Origin: Planctomycetota bacterium | GTDB lineage: Bacteria > Planctomycetota > UBA8108 > SXIK01 | Reading direction: 5' to 3' | Assembly: GCA_965223265.1 (NCBI GenBank) | Contig: OZ244999.1 | Span: 2,368,001 to 2,432,000, forward strand | DNA length: 64,000 nucleotides | Shown: positions 1 to 9,400 of the stretch, piece after piece | Layout: each line of letters starts with the position of its first letter | How positions within the stretch are numbered: the first letter of the stretch is position 1 | Position numbers and translations under genes: made by a program | The notes under the pieces: generated by a model | What the model was told of the DNA's origin: nothing | Database searches by the model: none | What the model saw: the letters and a program-made list of their open reading frames with translations, nothing else

Positions 1-102
1 CGTGGACATTTTCGCCTCCAGCTTGGTTGGTGACTTCGGGTTCGATTTGGGATTGCGGCCGTAAAGGGAAACGATAGGGTCTATATCCAACTGCAGCGTG
101 GG

Positions 103-3100
103 TCAGAGCCCTGGGAGCCCGCGGCGCCGGCGGTGCCAGTCGGAGTGACCGTCGTGGCCGAAAGCGGCGGTCGAGGCCGAGACCGGATAGCAGGCTTCGA
201 GGTTCGAATTGTCGAGGAAGGCGTCGAGGAGCTCAAGGTTTCCAAAGAGCGGCACGATCCAGCGAAGCGGCATCGTTCGTGCCATGTAGTTGGTTTCGTA
301 GATCGCAATGCCGTCGACGCCTGCGGCCAGGAGGCCACGGGCCCGTTTGAGTCCCACCACGTGCGCCTTCACACCCAACGTCCAGGTCGCCCCGACGCCG
401 CCGAGGACCGACACGCCGTGCTTCGCACCAAGCTCGACGTAGGGCCTCACGTCGTGGCTGCCCTCGCCGCCGCGCTCGTGGAGCGGGTCGAGCATGAGCT
501 GATCGACGAGCCCCTCCTCGAGCCATTGACGGACGTCGAGCCCTTCGGCCATGTTGTAGAAGAAACCCGATGACGGGATACGCACGGCGACCGGAGTGGG
601 CCGACCGGTCTTTTCGCGAATTGGTGCGAGCTCGGTTTTCAGGTCGCGCAGCAGCTGGGTGAAGTGATCGGCGCGCCACGTGATCCACCGCTTGTATTCA
701 TCGAGCTGTGAGAGGCCGCGAAGCTGCCGCGGATCAACACCCGTCTCCTTGATGTACGCCTCGACCATCTTCGGGTGGTACCGAAGCATCGGAACCTGCC
801 GGCACGTACCGATGAGGAGTCCGTCGGGGCTCTTTTTTGCGACCTCAAGAAAAATGTCCAACCGTTCGCGCCGCACCTCTGGGAAAAAGTATGACACGAC
901 GCCGCCCGCCGGGTGCCCATCTTCCTGGTATCCATGCCACTGGGGATTCTCTTTGAAGAAACGCGACGCGAAGATGCCACCGTATGCATGCTCGCCGTAG
1001 TGACGGTTCATCGAGAGCCAGGGCCAGATCGTCGCTCCGAGCCGCGTGCGCTCACTCAGGACACGCTCCAGAGGCCGGAATTGGTTGACCATTGTGGCGC
1101 GGCCTGCGTAATCGAGCGCGTGCGGCCACTTCTTCGCCGCCTCTTTCAAGGGTACGGCAGGAAAATAGGTGACGCCGGGGAGTTCGCTTCGGTACTCGAT
1201 CCACGACCTGCCGAGCGACCAGTTGAGGTGGCGAAGGCCGACCTCGGTCTGGCCACCCACGAGGACGTCCAATTGGTCGGCATTGAGCCGACACGGACCA
1301 TGGAAGTAGTCGCACCAGTCGTTGATGCCAAAGAGTGGGCGCGGTGGATCCGAGGTCTTGCGATAGAATGCCTTCACGCTTTCAGCAGTCACGGGCATGA
1401 AGTGCAGCTCGCGAAGCCCGCTGCGCGGCTCGTTCCAGGGATCGTAGGCATAGATCGCGACGCTCTCGCGCGTGAGGTCCGCCGCCACGACGAAGAGAGG
1501 AGGGTGCGTCGCCGGCCTCGGCGTCGTGTAACTGAAATCCCGAGAAAGCACCGAACGCACGAGGCCATCGCCACGGACCTTCAGGAGGCAGCCGTCCGCG
1601 GCGGGCCGCGCAAAGACGGCGTAGTGGCCCCCAAGGCGCGGCCGCAGGACCAGAGGCTCCGGATCTGCGCCAGCCGGGGCGTAGAGGGCACGTCCCTCCC
1701 TTGAGCTCGTGATCTTCCAGCCGGCGGGCAGCCCGTCGGACCATTCGCTCGCGGCCTTGTCGAAGTCCCGGATCTCGAGGAGTTCTCGGCTCGGGTCGCG
1801 CTCGAGCGACCAGGGCGCGAGATGGCTGATCTTGAGCTTGTTCCCGTCCGGCAAACGTCGGCGATAAACGATCGCAGGGCCATCGTCGAAGACTTGTTCC
1901 TCGTTCCCTTGATAGGGCGTCAGGATGGGGGCGAGAGAGATGCGGTAGTCCCCGGCGGGCCAGTCTCGTGGATCGATCGCTGTTTCGGTCCAGTCACCGG
2001 GCGTCTTCAGTTCCAAGCGCGTCTTGAAACGCGTTTCTCCGTCCGCAGCGCGAACCTCGAGCTCACACGACAGCGGCTCATGATAGAGCTTTGGCGTCAC
2101 ACCGGGCGTTAGTCTCGAGAGCACCCGGAGCGCGTCCGGATCTTCCAGGATCGTTTCAGAAAGTCTGACGACAAGTGCCGGCTCGACACCGTACGCGGGG
2201 TTATAAACTTGCCTCACCGGCTCTCCCGCCACGAGCCGCTCTGGGCTCATCGCCATGTGCGTGTGCTGATGAGGCCTCATGACGCGGATGCGCGATTCAC
2301 CCTGTTCCACGAAACGTTCGGGTGTGAGCGCGTCCTTGGAAAGCGACTGGTAGAAGGACTGGCGATCCATCAAGTCGCCGCTTTCCGCATCAAGGATCCG
2401 GATGTCGAGCCGGTAGCCGCGATAGAGTACCTCCCCGGCCTCAAAGTCATAGACGGGGGGCACGGCGAGGGGGCCGAGAGTGAAGAATGCCTTCCCGGCT
2501 CGCGTGACAGCTCGTTCGAACACCGCCTCGCGGCCGTCGGGTGCAGTCTTGCGTATCTTCAGCTCGACCTCGTCACCCTTGATGCGATGCCACTGGAGGC
2601 GAAACTCGAGCACGTTGGCTCGACAGGGATAGAACGGCAGTTCGGTCTCGTCGCCCGGAAACTCGCGACCATTCAGGATGAGTAAGAACGCACGCTCACC
2701 TTCGCCCGCTTTTGCAGAGGAGAGGGTCGGAGGAGGTGCGATAGCGGCTTTTCCTTCGAGGACTTCGCGGGAGATGGAAACGACTTTCAGGCGGTTAAGC
2801 CTGCCGATCTTTTCATTGCCGGCGCAGTACGAGAGGAGCACGCGGTCGGCGAGGAAGCTCATTGAAGTGTAGCAGTACCAGCCGCGCTGATTGCGTTCGA
2901 CGGCGCGCGAGGGTTCCCAGGTCTTGCCCTCGTCTCGACTGATGGCGACGCACAGCGGTGTCCGTTTTCCCCGGCGGAAGGGATGGCGGCCGGTGTGATC
3001 GTTCCACACGCAGACAAGATCGCCCGACCACGGGAGTCGCTCGATAGTCGCTGGGCTTACGGGAGAAGCGAGGCCTGAAGGGGTCGGTTTCGTCCAAGTG

Positions 3101-3882
3101 TCTCCGCGGTCGCTCGAGTAGCAGACGTACTGGCTGCCCGCGTTCGTTCGCATGAACATTAGGAGTCGTCCGTCTTTGAGCTCGATGACGCCAGGCTCCT
3201 GCGCCGTCACACGCTCACCCGCCGGGCTGAACACCTTGAAGCGGTCTTTGCTCGCGCGCCAGGTCTTTCCCGCATCGTCCGAGAAATAGCAAAGGATCGT
3301 CCCAGCCCAGTCAGGCTTCTCCTGGCCGGGAGTGTTGTGGAGCGCCAGCGGCAATATGATGCGTCCACCTGAGAGCTCGACGGCACGGTCGTTGTTGAGA
3401 ACGAAATAGCCGACCTCGTCCGGCACGCAGAGTGTCGCCTCGTTCCAAGTCCTGGCCTCGTCTTTGGAGACGCGCATCATCGGCCGGCAATCTTCAAGCG
3501 AGTTTTTGTAGAGATAGAAGAGTGCGATCGTGCCGTTCTTCAGCCGCAGTAAGGACACGCTCATGACATTCATGCCGGCATCGCCTTCAACGACGATGTG
3601 GTCGTCACTCCACGTTCGGCCGCCGTCGGCCGAGATGCGCATGGCGAGATCGGCGGGCGAGTCATCGCGCGTGCCCGCGCCGCGCGCGCGTTTTGATGCT
3701 TTCCCGTTGTAACGTGAGTAAATCAGGCAGAGTCGCCCATCGCGAAGCTGGATGAGATCTCCTTCGGAGTTTCGCGGCTGCAGGTCGGTCGGTTCGATCG
3801 TCAGGAGCGTTTCGACGTCGGCATGAACGTCGGCCTCGATCGCGATCAGGGCGAACGCCGAGAAACAGAGACGGCGGAACAT
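103..3882 (-). CDS. Secreted BNR/Asp-box sialidase-like propeller fused to a C-terminal putative glycoside-hydrolase-like TIM barrel (GHL10/DUF187-like)
   Basis: Signal peptide; Asp-boxes SADGGRTWS, SKDEARTW, SDDAGKTW, SSDRGDTW, SRDEGKTW; C-terminal part with FFKENPQW, SYFFPEVR, DVRQWLEEGLVD. Confidence 0.75.
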   Translation of the reverse strand: MFRRLCFSAFALIAIEADVHADVETLLTIEPTDLQPRNSEGDLIQLRDGRLCLIYSRYNGKASKRARGAGTRDDSPADLAMRISADGGRTWSDDHIVVEGDAGMNVMSVSLLRLKNGTIALFYLYKNSLEDCRPMMRVSKDEARTWNEATLCVPDEVGYFVLNNDRAVELSGGRIILPLALHNTPGQEKPDWAGTILCYFSDDAGKTWRASKDRFKVFSPAGERVTAQEPGVIELKDGRLLMFMRTNAGSQYVCYSSDRGDTWTKPTPSGLASPVSPATIERLPWSGDLVCVWNDHTGRHPFRRGKRTPLCVAISRDEGKTWEPSRAVERNQRGWYCYTSMSFLADRVLLSYCAGNEKIGRLNRLKVVSISREVLEGKAAIAPPPTLSSAKAGEGERAFLLILNGREFPGDETELPFYPCRANVLEFRLQWHRIKGDEVELKIRKTAPDGREAVFERAVTRAGKAFFTLGPLAVPPVYDFEAGEVLYRGYRLDIRILDAESGDLMDRQSFYQSLSKDALTPERFVEQGESRIRVMRPHQHTHMAMSPERLVAGEPVRQVYNPAYGVEPALVVRLSETILEDPDALRVLSRLTPGVTPKLYHEPLSCELEVRAADGETRFKTRLELKTPGDWTETAIDPRDWPAGDYRISLAPILTPYQGNEEQVFDDGPAIVYRRRLPDGNKLKISHLAPWSLERDPSRELLEIRDFDKAASEWSDGLPAGWKITSSREGRALYAPAGADPEPLVLRPRLGGHYAVFARPAADGCLLKVRGDGLVRSVLSRDFSYTTPRPATHPPLFVVAADLTRESVAIYAYDPWNEPRSGLRELHFMPVTAESVKAFYRKTSDPPRPLFGINDWCDYFHGPCRLNADQLDVLVGGQTEVGLRHLNWSLGRSWIEYRSELPGVTYFPAVPLKEAAKKWPHALDYAGRATMVNQFRPLERVLSERTRLGATIWPWLSMNRHYGEHAYGGIFASRFFKENPQWHGYQEDGHPAGGVVSYFFPEVRRERLDIFLEVAKKSPDGLLIGTCRQVPMLRYHPKMVEAYIKETGVDPRQLRGLSQLDEYKRWITWRADHFTQLLRDLKTELAPIREKTGRPTPVAVRIPSSGFFYNMAEGLDVRQWLEEGLVDQLMLDPLHERGGEGSHDVRPYVELGAKHGVSVLGGVGATWTLGVKAHVVGLKRARGLLAAGVDGIAIYETNYMARTMPLRWIVPLFGNLELLDAFLDNSNLEACYPVSASTAAFGHDGHSDWHRRRRGLPGL

Positions 3883-4082
3883 GGATGCATCCTCCTGAAA
3901 AGATTCCAGCGCCTCGTCAACAAAGAGTGGCGCGCAGGAACGGAGACGAGAGCGTCAGGAGCGGCTCCAGCGCCGCTCATGGTGAGTCGTTAGGGTTTCA
4001 AGCAGTCTGTCCGAGGGAGAGATGGTTGTCCGCCCGATCGCCAGCGCTGGAGGCTTGATCGAGCGGGGGCTATGATGCCCAG

Positions 4083-4545
4083 ATGCAGAGTGGATATCGA
4101 CCCGAACGCAGGAATCGAAACATCGGAACTCCGATTCGGGGGCACGGCTCCGACAACCGGATGGTCATTCCGTCATGGCACCAGGATCGAGTGTTCTACG
4201 AGGTCGTGAGCGACCCTCGTCACGTTCCGATCGACCTCAGTGTGCGACAGCTTGACGTTCTCGTACAACCGACGCGGCAAGGATTCGTTCATCCCTGCAC
4301 TCCCCAGGACCTCTCGGAGGTGCTCCGTCACATTCCGGTTTTCGATCTTCGAGACCTCTCCACGATCGTACTGCGGCAACCGACGCGAAAGCAGGCGGCG
4401 CTGAGTTCGGTGTGGGGGCGCCTCGTCTATTCCGCGAATCTCGGGCGCTTTTCGGTTCAACCGTAGTGTTGGGGGCGCAGTGCCTGTCCACGACGTTTCG
4501 GTGGAAGAGGTCCTTGACGCCGGAACTCACGAGAGAGTTGGGGGC
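4083..4545 (+). pseudogene. Frameshifted, truncated conserved hypothetical gene
   Basis: RRNRNIG...LRQPTRKQAALSSVWGRLVY stops at 4466, but protein-like sequence continues in another frame (STVVLGAQCLSTTFRWKRSLTPELTREL). Confidence 0.5.
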
Positions 4546-4607
4546 GTCGGCGCAGCGCGCCAAAGCCAAAGCTGCAGCGCGCAAGGTGCGAGGGAACTAG
4601 GGTTTCA

Positions 4608-4808
4608 ATGGAGAAAGACGAAGCGCTCGCCTACCAGATTCTTCGCCGTGTGCTCTCTGAGTGCAGGACTGAGAGTGAGCTCCGGGCGTGGTTTAAGAGC
4701 GAAGAGTGCGAGCGCTTCGTGAGGCCGGTGTTTCTTCGCGAGCTTGGGCGTGAGCTTCCCCGCGAGCTCGGCGGAGAGAGCAGTGCGTTCGAAATTGACT
4801 CGCTCTGA
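4608..4808 (+). CDS. Small hypothetical protein or gene fragment (66 aa)
   Basis: ATG start directly after a TAGGGTTTCA junction motif; helical, protein-like composition. Confidence 0.35.
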   Translation: MEKDEALAYQILRRVLSECRTESELRAWFKSEECERFVRPVFLRELGRELPRELGGESSAFEIDSL

Positions 4809-4947
4809 GCGCGCCGCGTCATCTCATTGCGTAGTCTGATAAGCGTACAAAAAGGTCCGGGGGTTTTTTTTTGCGCTTCGCTTCTGGGGTCGTTAAGTTC
4901 ATCGCATAGTGAGGATTCGAGGAAGAAGGAAACCGTCACTAAGGGCA

Positions 4948-4987
4948 AAGAGCGAAGAAGTGAGCGGCTTAGGGTCTTCGCGGCGGG
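4948..4987 (+). repeat. 40-bp direct repeat, copy 1 (copy 2 = 6692-6715 joined to 8334-8348)
   Basis: AAGAGCGAAGAAGTGAGCGGCTTAGGGTCTTCGCGGCGGG vs reconstructed AAGAGCGAAGAAG-GAGAGGCTTAGGGTCTTCGCGGCGGG. Confidence 0.85.
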
Positions 4988-5222
4988 CAACGTGATTGTT
5001 GGGTTCTATCGATCTGCGTTCTTGCGGGCACGCAAGAGCTTTCGCAGTTGACGAGCGATTCGAAGCGAGTTGTGCGAGGCTACTTTCGCACTGGTGGCTG
5101 TCGCCTGATGCGTAAAGCAAGAAGCGCTCCACGGCACTTCGTACTTGCGTGGTTCGTTCACTCTTGCTTGCAGTGTTTCTCTATCGCGTCGTTGTTCTTG
5201 TTGGGTACGAAATCGGGGAAGT

Positions 5223-6671
5223 ATGAAAATGAAACGACAAACGGTGATCGCGATCGGACTGGTGGTGCTTCTTTCGCACGCTGTCCATGCCGATGGTTTT
5301 GTCTTTGCAGATCCGGTGCTCTATCCGCTCGGACCGAACGGAACCGCACCGCACCGAATGGCCTCGGGCGATCTGGATAACGACGGAAATCCAGATCTGG
5401 CGATAGGAAACAGCGGTGGTGGTCGGATTACAGTTTTGTGGAACGACGGCGCGGGAAGATTTACTGATCCACCGGCCGAGCTGAATGCGGCAATTCCAGA
5501 AGTGCGTCCAGTAGCAATTGGCGACATCGATAACGATGGAGACAACGATATCGTCACCGTGGGCAACGTCGCTACGGTCGTTGCGTTTCGAAACAACGGG
5601 AGTAGATCGTTCACTCGTCGGGCGAGCTCGATTGTGACTGGCCCAAACACTCCACACTCCATCGCCATCGGCAAGCTAGATGGAAATGCGCTCCCGGACA
5701 TTGTCATCGGCTCCCAGAGCGGTGTGCTAGTGTGCTTCGGAATCGGCGGTCAGCGGTTCGGCCCAGCGGTGTCTGAGTTCACCGGAAGGGCAGACTACGT
5801 GAGTCTCGCTGACGTCGATGGCGCGAATGGCCTCGACATCGCAATCGGTAGCCCGTTCTTTCTATCGACGGCTGAACCGCAGTTGTTGAAGAACAACGGT
5901 CAAGGAGGTTTCGCGGCGGCGGTGGATTTGTTTCCTTGGCCGGACAACGACGTCAATAATCGTGGTACCGGCCACGTGGCTTTCCTATTCACCGGTATGA
6001 CGGTCGATAAAGCCGCGGTCGGGAGCTTCGGGGGTGGAAACACGATTCGTATTTCGAATGTAGCGAGTCCTTTCAACCCTGACGATGTCACTGTCGCTGC
6101 GACGGTCAACCTCGAGGGACTCGTCGCCGCCGACCTCGATGATGACGGCGATATGGACCTGGCAAGTAACTCATTCGCCGGCGGAACTGCTCGCGTCTTT
6201 ATCGCCGAAAACGAAGGGGGAAACGCCTTTGCCGACACTGCCTGTGAAGTGACCTTGGGGGCGGGAGCTAGTTTCCCGCACTGGGTCGTTGCCGACGACT
6301 TCAATGGTGACGGTCAAGCGGACCTTGCGATCCCCAATCGGACCTCAGACAACGTGTCGGTACTACTCAACTGCGCCGGCAATCCCGCGGGGGAATGTGA
6401 AGCGTTTAGGAGGGGGGACGCGAACGCTGACGGCACTGTGAACGTTGCGGATCCAAACTTCATCCTCAATTTTCTTTTTCAAAATGGGCCACCGCCTCCT
6501 TGCCGTGAGGCGGCTGACGCTAACGGCAGCGGCTCTGTCGATATTGCAGATCCAACCTTTCTCCTGGGCTGGCTTTTTCAAAATACCGGCGTTCCTCCAC
6601 CCGCTCCCGGTCCCTCACAGTGCGGGTTCTTTAATGGTGGGTTGGGCTGCGCCACCTACAACTCGTGTTAA
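5223..6671 (+). CDS. Secreted FG-GAP/VCBS repeat protein with C-terminal dockerin-like domain
   Basis: Signal peptide MKMKRQTVIA...AVHA; GDLDNDGNPDL, GDIDNDGDNDI, ADLDDDGDMDL, DDFNGDGQADL repeats; FRRGDANADGTVNVAD...AADANGSGSVDIAD. Confidence 0.85.
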   Translation: MKMKRQTVIAIGLVVLLSHAVHADGFVFADPVLYPLGPNGTAPHRMASGDLDNDGNPDLAIGNSGGGRITVLWNDGAGRFTDPPAELNAAIPEVRPVAIGDIDNDGDNDIVTVGNVATVVAFRNNGSRSFTRRASSIVTGPNTPHSIAIGKLDGNALPDIVIGSQSGVLVCFGIGGQRFGPAVSEFTGRADYVSLADVDGANGLDIAIGSPFFLSTAEPQLLKNNGQGGFAAAVDLFPWPDNDVNNRGTGHVAFLFTGMTVDKAAVGSFGGGNTIRISNVASPFNPDDVTVAATVNLEGLVAADLDDDGDMDLASNSFAGGTARVFIAENEGGNAFADTACEVTLGAGASFPHWVVADDFNGDGQADLAIPNRTSDNVSVLLNCAGNPAGECEAFRRGDANADGTVNVADPNFILNFLFQNGPPPPCREAADANGSGSVDIADPTFLLGWLFQNTGVPPPAPGPSQCGFFNGGLGCATYNSC

Positions 6672-6716
6672 CACGATTCCAAACAACGGTGAAGAGCGAA
6701 GAAGGAGAGGCTTAGC

Positions 6717-8165
6717 CTCGAGTTTGGCCATGGATTCTGGTCATGCAACGAGCCCCAATGCTGCGAACGCAGCCTGAAGGGTCTTTTGTCGCCCCCGAAC
6801 AGAAGCCGGGGTGCGTCGAAAGTGCTCGTGGAGTGATTCGGCTCGTAGCGTATCGACCATATCTTTAAACGAAGCAAAGCACTTACGTTCATACCAAGGG
6901 CGATTTGGGAATCGACATTTCTTATGACCGTGGGCGTTGAACCAAAGAATCACCATGCTGTACAACAACGCACCGAAAGGCGCCGTGCGTTGCACGGCTT
7001 CGACGGTTCGATTCTGTGGATCTTCAAAGCCGAAGTGCCCCTTGGCGTTTTCGAATGCGACCTCGATGCTCCATCGTCGCGAGTAGGTCTGAAGAATGGT
7101 CGTTGCGGACGCCTTGGTGTCGGTGGAATAGAACGCTTCGTCTTTGTTCACACCACGAGGGTCGCGCACCACGACGACCTTGATGGGGCGGTAGTCGCTC
7201 TTGAGCCAGAGGCCTTCGGTCTCTTTGACGAGAACGCGACGCTTCGCCCCGTAGAGTCGAAGATTCAGCTTTTTCCATGGCCTTCTCGAAGACGCGATCT
7301 GTTTAGGACTCGGCAGACGCTTTCCTCTTCGCCGTGGACGCCCCGTACCCGCATAGCGCCGTGGCGGCGGAGCAAAGAGCGCGGCATCCATGACGATGCG
7401 GCTGGTGAGGTGAAACCGCTCGGGAAGATTTCTCAACACCGAACCACCGCCATACGCCGAATCGCCAACCAGCAGGAAACGCCTATTTGGGTGCCATTTG
7501 GCGATCATCTCGAGCATCTCCACTGCGAGCTCGGGACGTGTGCGATAGACGGTCTCTTCACGCCACCGCTGGCTCTTCGGTCTCGTCTTGGTGACGTAGA
7601 GTCGAAACGCGATCGGAAGACACCACGAGATTCCACGCGCGAACGGGAACTCGACGATCACGCCGACGACCACCCAGTTGTGGCCCCAGCTCAGTCTCGC
7701 GAGCTTACGAGTCGACGCCAAAGCATCACGGTGCATACCACTGCCGAAGATGTGCTGCCCGCCTTTTTTGCAAAGCGTGTCGTCGACGACGAGGCGGACA
7801 ACTCCACCCGGTGGAATCAGACGCAGCGCGAGCGACAGTACCAAGCGGCCAACTTCGTCGATCGACCACTGTGCGCGATTGAAAAATCGATGGAACGTCG
7901 AGTAGCTTTTCAGTTCTACCACACCTACACGCTGAATGAGCTCGGTAACCGTCCTTCGTCGCGTGCTCAGGACCCAGCCACCGGCGAGCAACTGGAAGTT
8001 CTCAAAACTCGACGGCGTCATCAGTGGAGCAAAGCTGGCCAAGAGGGACAGAAACGACGATACTGGAGACACTCTTCACCTCCGTCCGATAATAGTGTTT
8101 TGCAACTTCGTTATCGGTAGCGGAGGTGTCTTTCTTTACCGGCCTATTCCATGGCCAAACTCGAG
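6717..8165 (-). mobile_element. IS701-like insertion sequence, 1449 bp
   Basis: Perfect 18-bp inverted repeats CTCGAGTTTGGCCATGGA (6717-6734 / 8148-8165); 5-bp target duplication TTAGC (6712-6716 / 8166-8170). Confidence 0.9.
6741..8072 (-). CDS. DDE transposase, IS701-like
   Basis: LVVDDT, WGHNWV, LPIAFRLY, VGDSAYG and YSRRWSIEVAFENAK motifs. Confidence 0.88.
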   Translation of the reverse strand: MSPVSSFLSLLASFAPLMTPSSFENFQLLAGGWVLSTRRRTVTELIQRVGVVELKSYSTFHRFFNRAQWSIDEVGRLVLSLALRLIPPGGVVRLVVDDTLCKKGGQHIFGSGMHRDALASTRKLARLSWGHNWVVVGVIVEFPFARGISWCLPIAFRLYVTKTRPKSQRWREETVYRTRPELAVEMLEMIAKWHPNRRFLLVGDSAYGGGSVLRNLPERFHLTSRIVMDAALFAPPPRRYAGTGRPRRRGKRLPSPKQIASSRRPWKKLNLRLYGAKRRVLVKETEGLWLKSDYRPIKVVVVRDPRGVNKDEAFYSTDTKASATTILQTYSRRWSIEVAFENAKGHFGFEDPQNRTVEAVQRTAPFGALLYSMVILWFNAHGHKKCRFPNRPWYERKCFASFKDMVDTLRAESLHEHFRRTPASVRGRQKTLQAAFAALGLVA

Positions 8166-8169
8166 TTAG

Positions 8170-8329
8170 CAGCCTGTTGAAAAAGTGCTTCGAGCCGAAA
8201 ACTGGTCTCTTCGCGTCCAGATCGGCTGCGGCAAACGGAGGCAATCTTCGGGATTTTCGAGTATTGACGCGGTCGAGCTGGGCGTGAAGAGGCCAGTTTC
8301 TTCGGCCGAATGACTTTTTCAACGGGCTG
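8170..8329. mobile_element. Non-autonomous MITE, 160 bp, with IS5/IS1182-like ends
   Basis: Termini CAGCCTGTTGAAAAAG...CTTTTTCAACGGGCTG, extended internal palindrome, TTAG on both flanks. Confidence 0.8.
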
Positions 8330-8348
8330 TTAGGGTCTTCGCGGCGGG

Positions 8349-8560
8349 ATCACCGTCGAGGACACCGAGCGCTTCGTGGACTACTGCCGAAAGCCGACGG
8401 ACTTCCCGGCGATCGTGGAGCGGCTCACGAAGCTGTGGCAGGCAAAGCACCCGAAGCGAAAGGTGGGCGCCGTCCACTTCAAGCCGAGATCCCCCGGAGC
8501 GATCAACAAGCACCTCGACCGGCTGACCGAGTTCTTCCGGTTTGCCATCAATCTCGACAG
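8349..8560 (+). pseudogene. Tyrosine integrase core-binding (SAM-like) domain remnant
   Basis: ITVEDTERFVDY...SPGAINKHLDRLTEFFRFAI fits the integrase core-binding pattern; no start codon context and no catalytic domain. Confidence 0.6.
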
Positions 8561-9174
8561 AGAAGGACGACTCGAAGAGGCCCTCGAAACCCTCGACACC
8601 ATCGGAGACGACGACGAACAGATCGCCCTGCGTGCCAAGGTCGCAAGGCTCGGCACGCTGAACAAGCTCGGGCGCTACGACGCTACGAAGCGCCTTGCCG
8701 AGGAGCTGCTGCTCGGTCTTCCCGAGGATGCGCCGGACGACCAGGTGGCCGCCGCTCACGCCAAGAATGGCGTCGCGCTCTGGAACGATACGCAAGACGC
8801 TGAATCCGCTCTCGCCTGTGCCTGGACGGCCTTCGAGCACAGGAAGGACGAACCAACGGCACTCTGGCTGCGTCCGGGAAATCGACGGGGAGGTTTCCGA
8901 GTCCGCCAGATACCTGAGGATCTTGGTCGAAGGAAAGTGGGCGTGGGATGATGACGATGGCCCGCTGGGCGTCTACACGTCCTACGACGTTGTGGCAGAC
9001 AGCGTCGAGGAAGGATTGAGGTTGCTGAAACGTTTCGAGCCCCAGGAAGTCCGAGACAGCGTTCGAGTAGAAGGCTGTGAGGATATCGAAGCTCGGCCCG
9101 ACGAGCCCAAGGGCGTGTATCGGGTCACGGGCTACAACCTGTTCCCACTCGAAGGGGACGACGAGAGTGGCTGA
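8561..9174 (+). pseudogene. TPR-like protein, 5'-truncated, frameshifted near 8870
   Basis: Helical repeats in ORF 8376..8951 continue in the ORF ending at 9174 (REIDGEVSESARYLRILVEGKW...PKGVY). Confidence 0.55.
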
Positions 9175-9400
9175 TAGACCCTTGTTTTTGCGAGCCCCAA
9201 ACCGGCCAAAATACCGAGACGACCCTGGACTCGTGCAAGGCCATTCGGAGGCGCTGGCGGCGCAGCAACGTCTGGTACGCGAAGCGTCAAGAATATCCGG
9301 CGCGACAGAGTGATCGTTTGCCGGACCGCGATAGGGGAGCTACAGTTACCCTCTTGGCGCACATGTAGCGCGCGTAACATCGTCTTCGGTTCGTCTATAT

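Noticed and set aside
6924-8120. 398-aa plus-strand ORF
   Set aside because: Antisense shadow of the transposase with no recognisable motifs; the same applies to most overlapping ORFs in this GC-rich DNA
3982-8348. Integron attC sites suggested by GTTAGGG
   Set aside because: No matching RYYYAAC inverse cores or attC hairpins, and no IntI gene in the window
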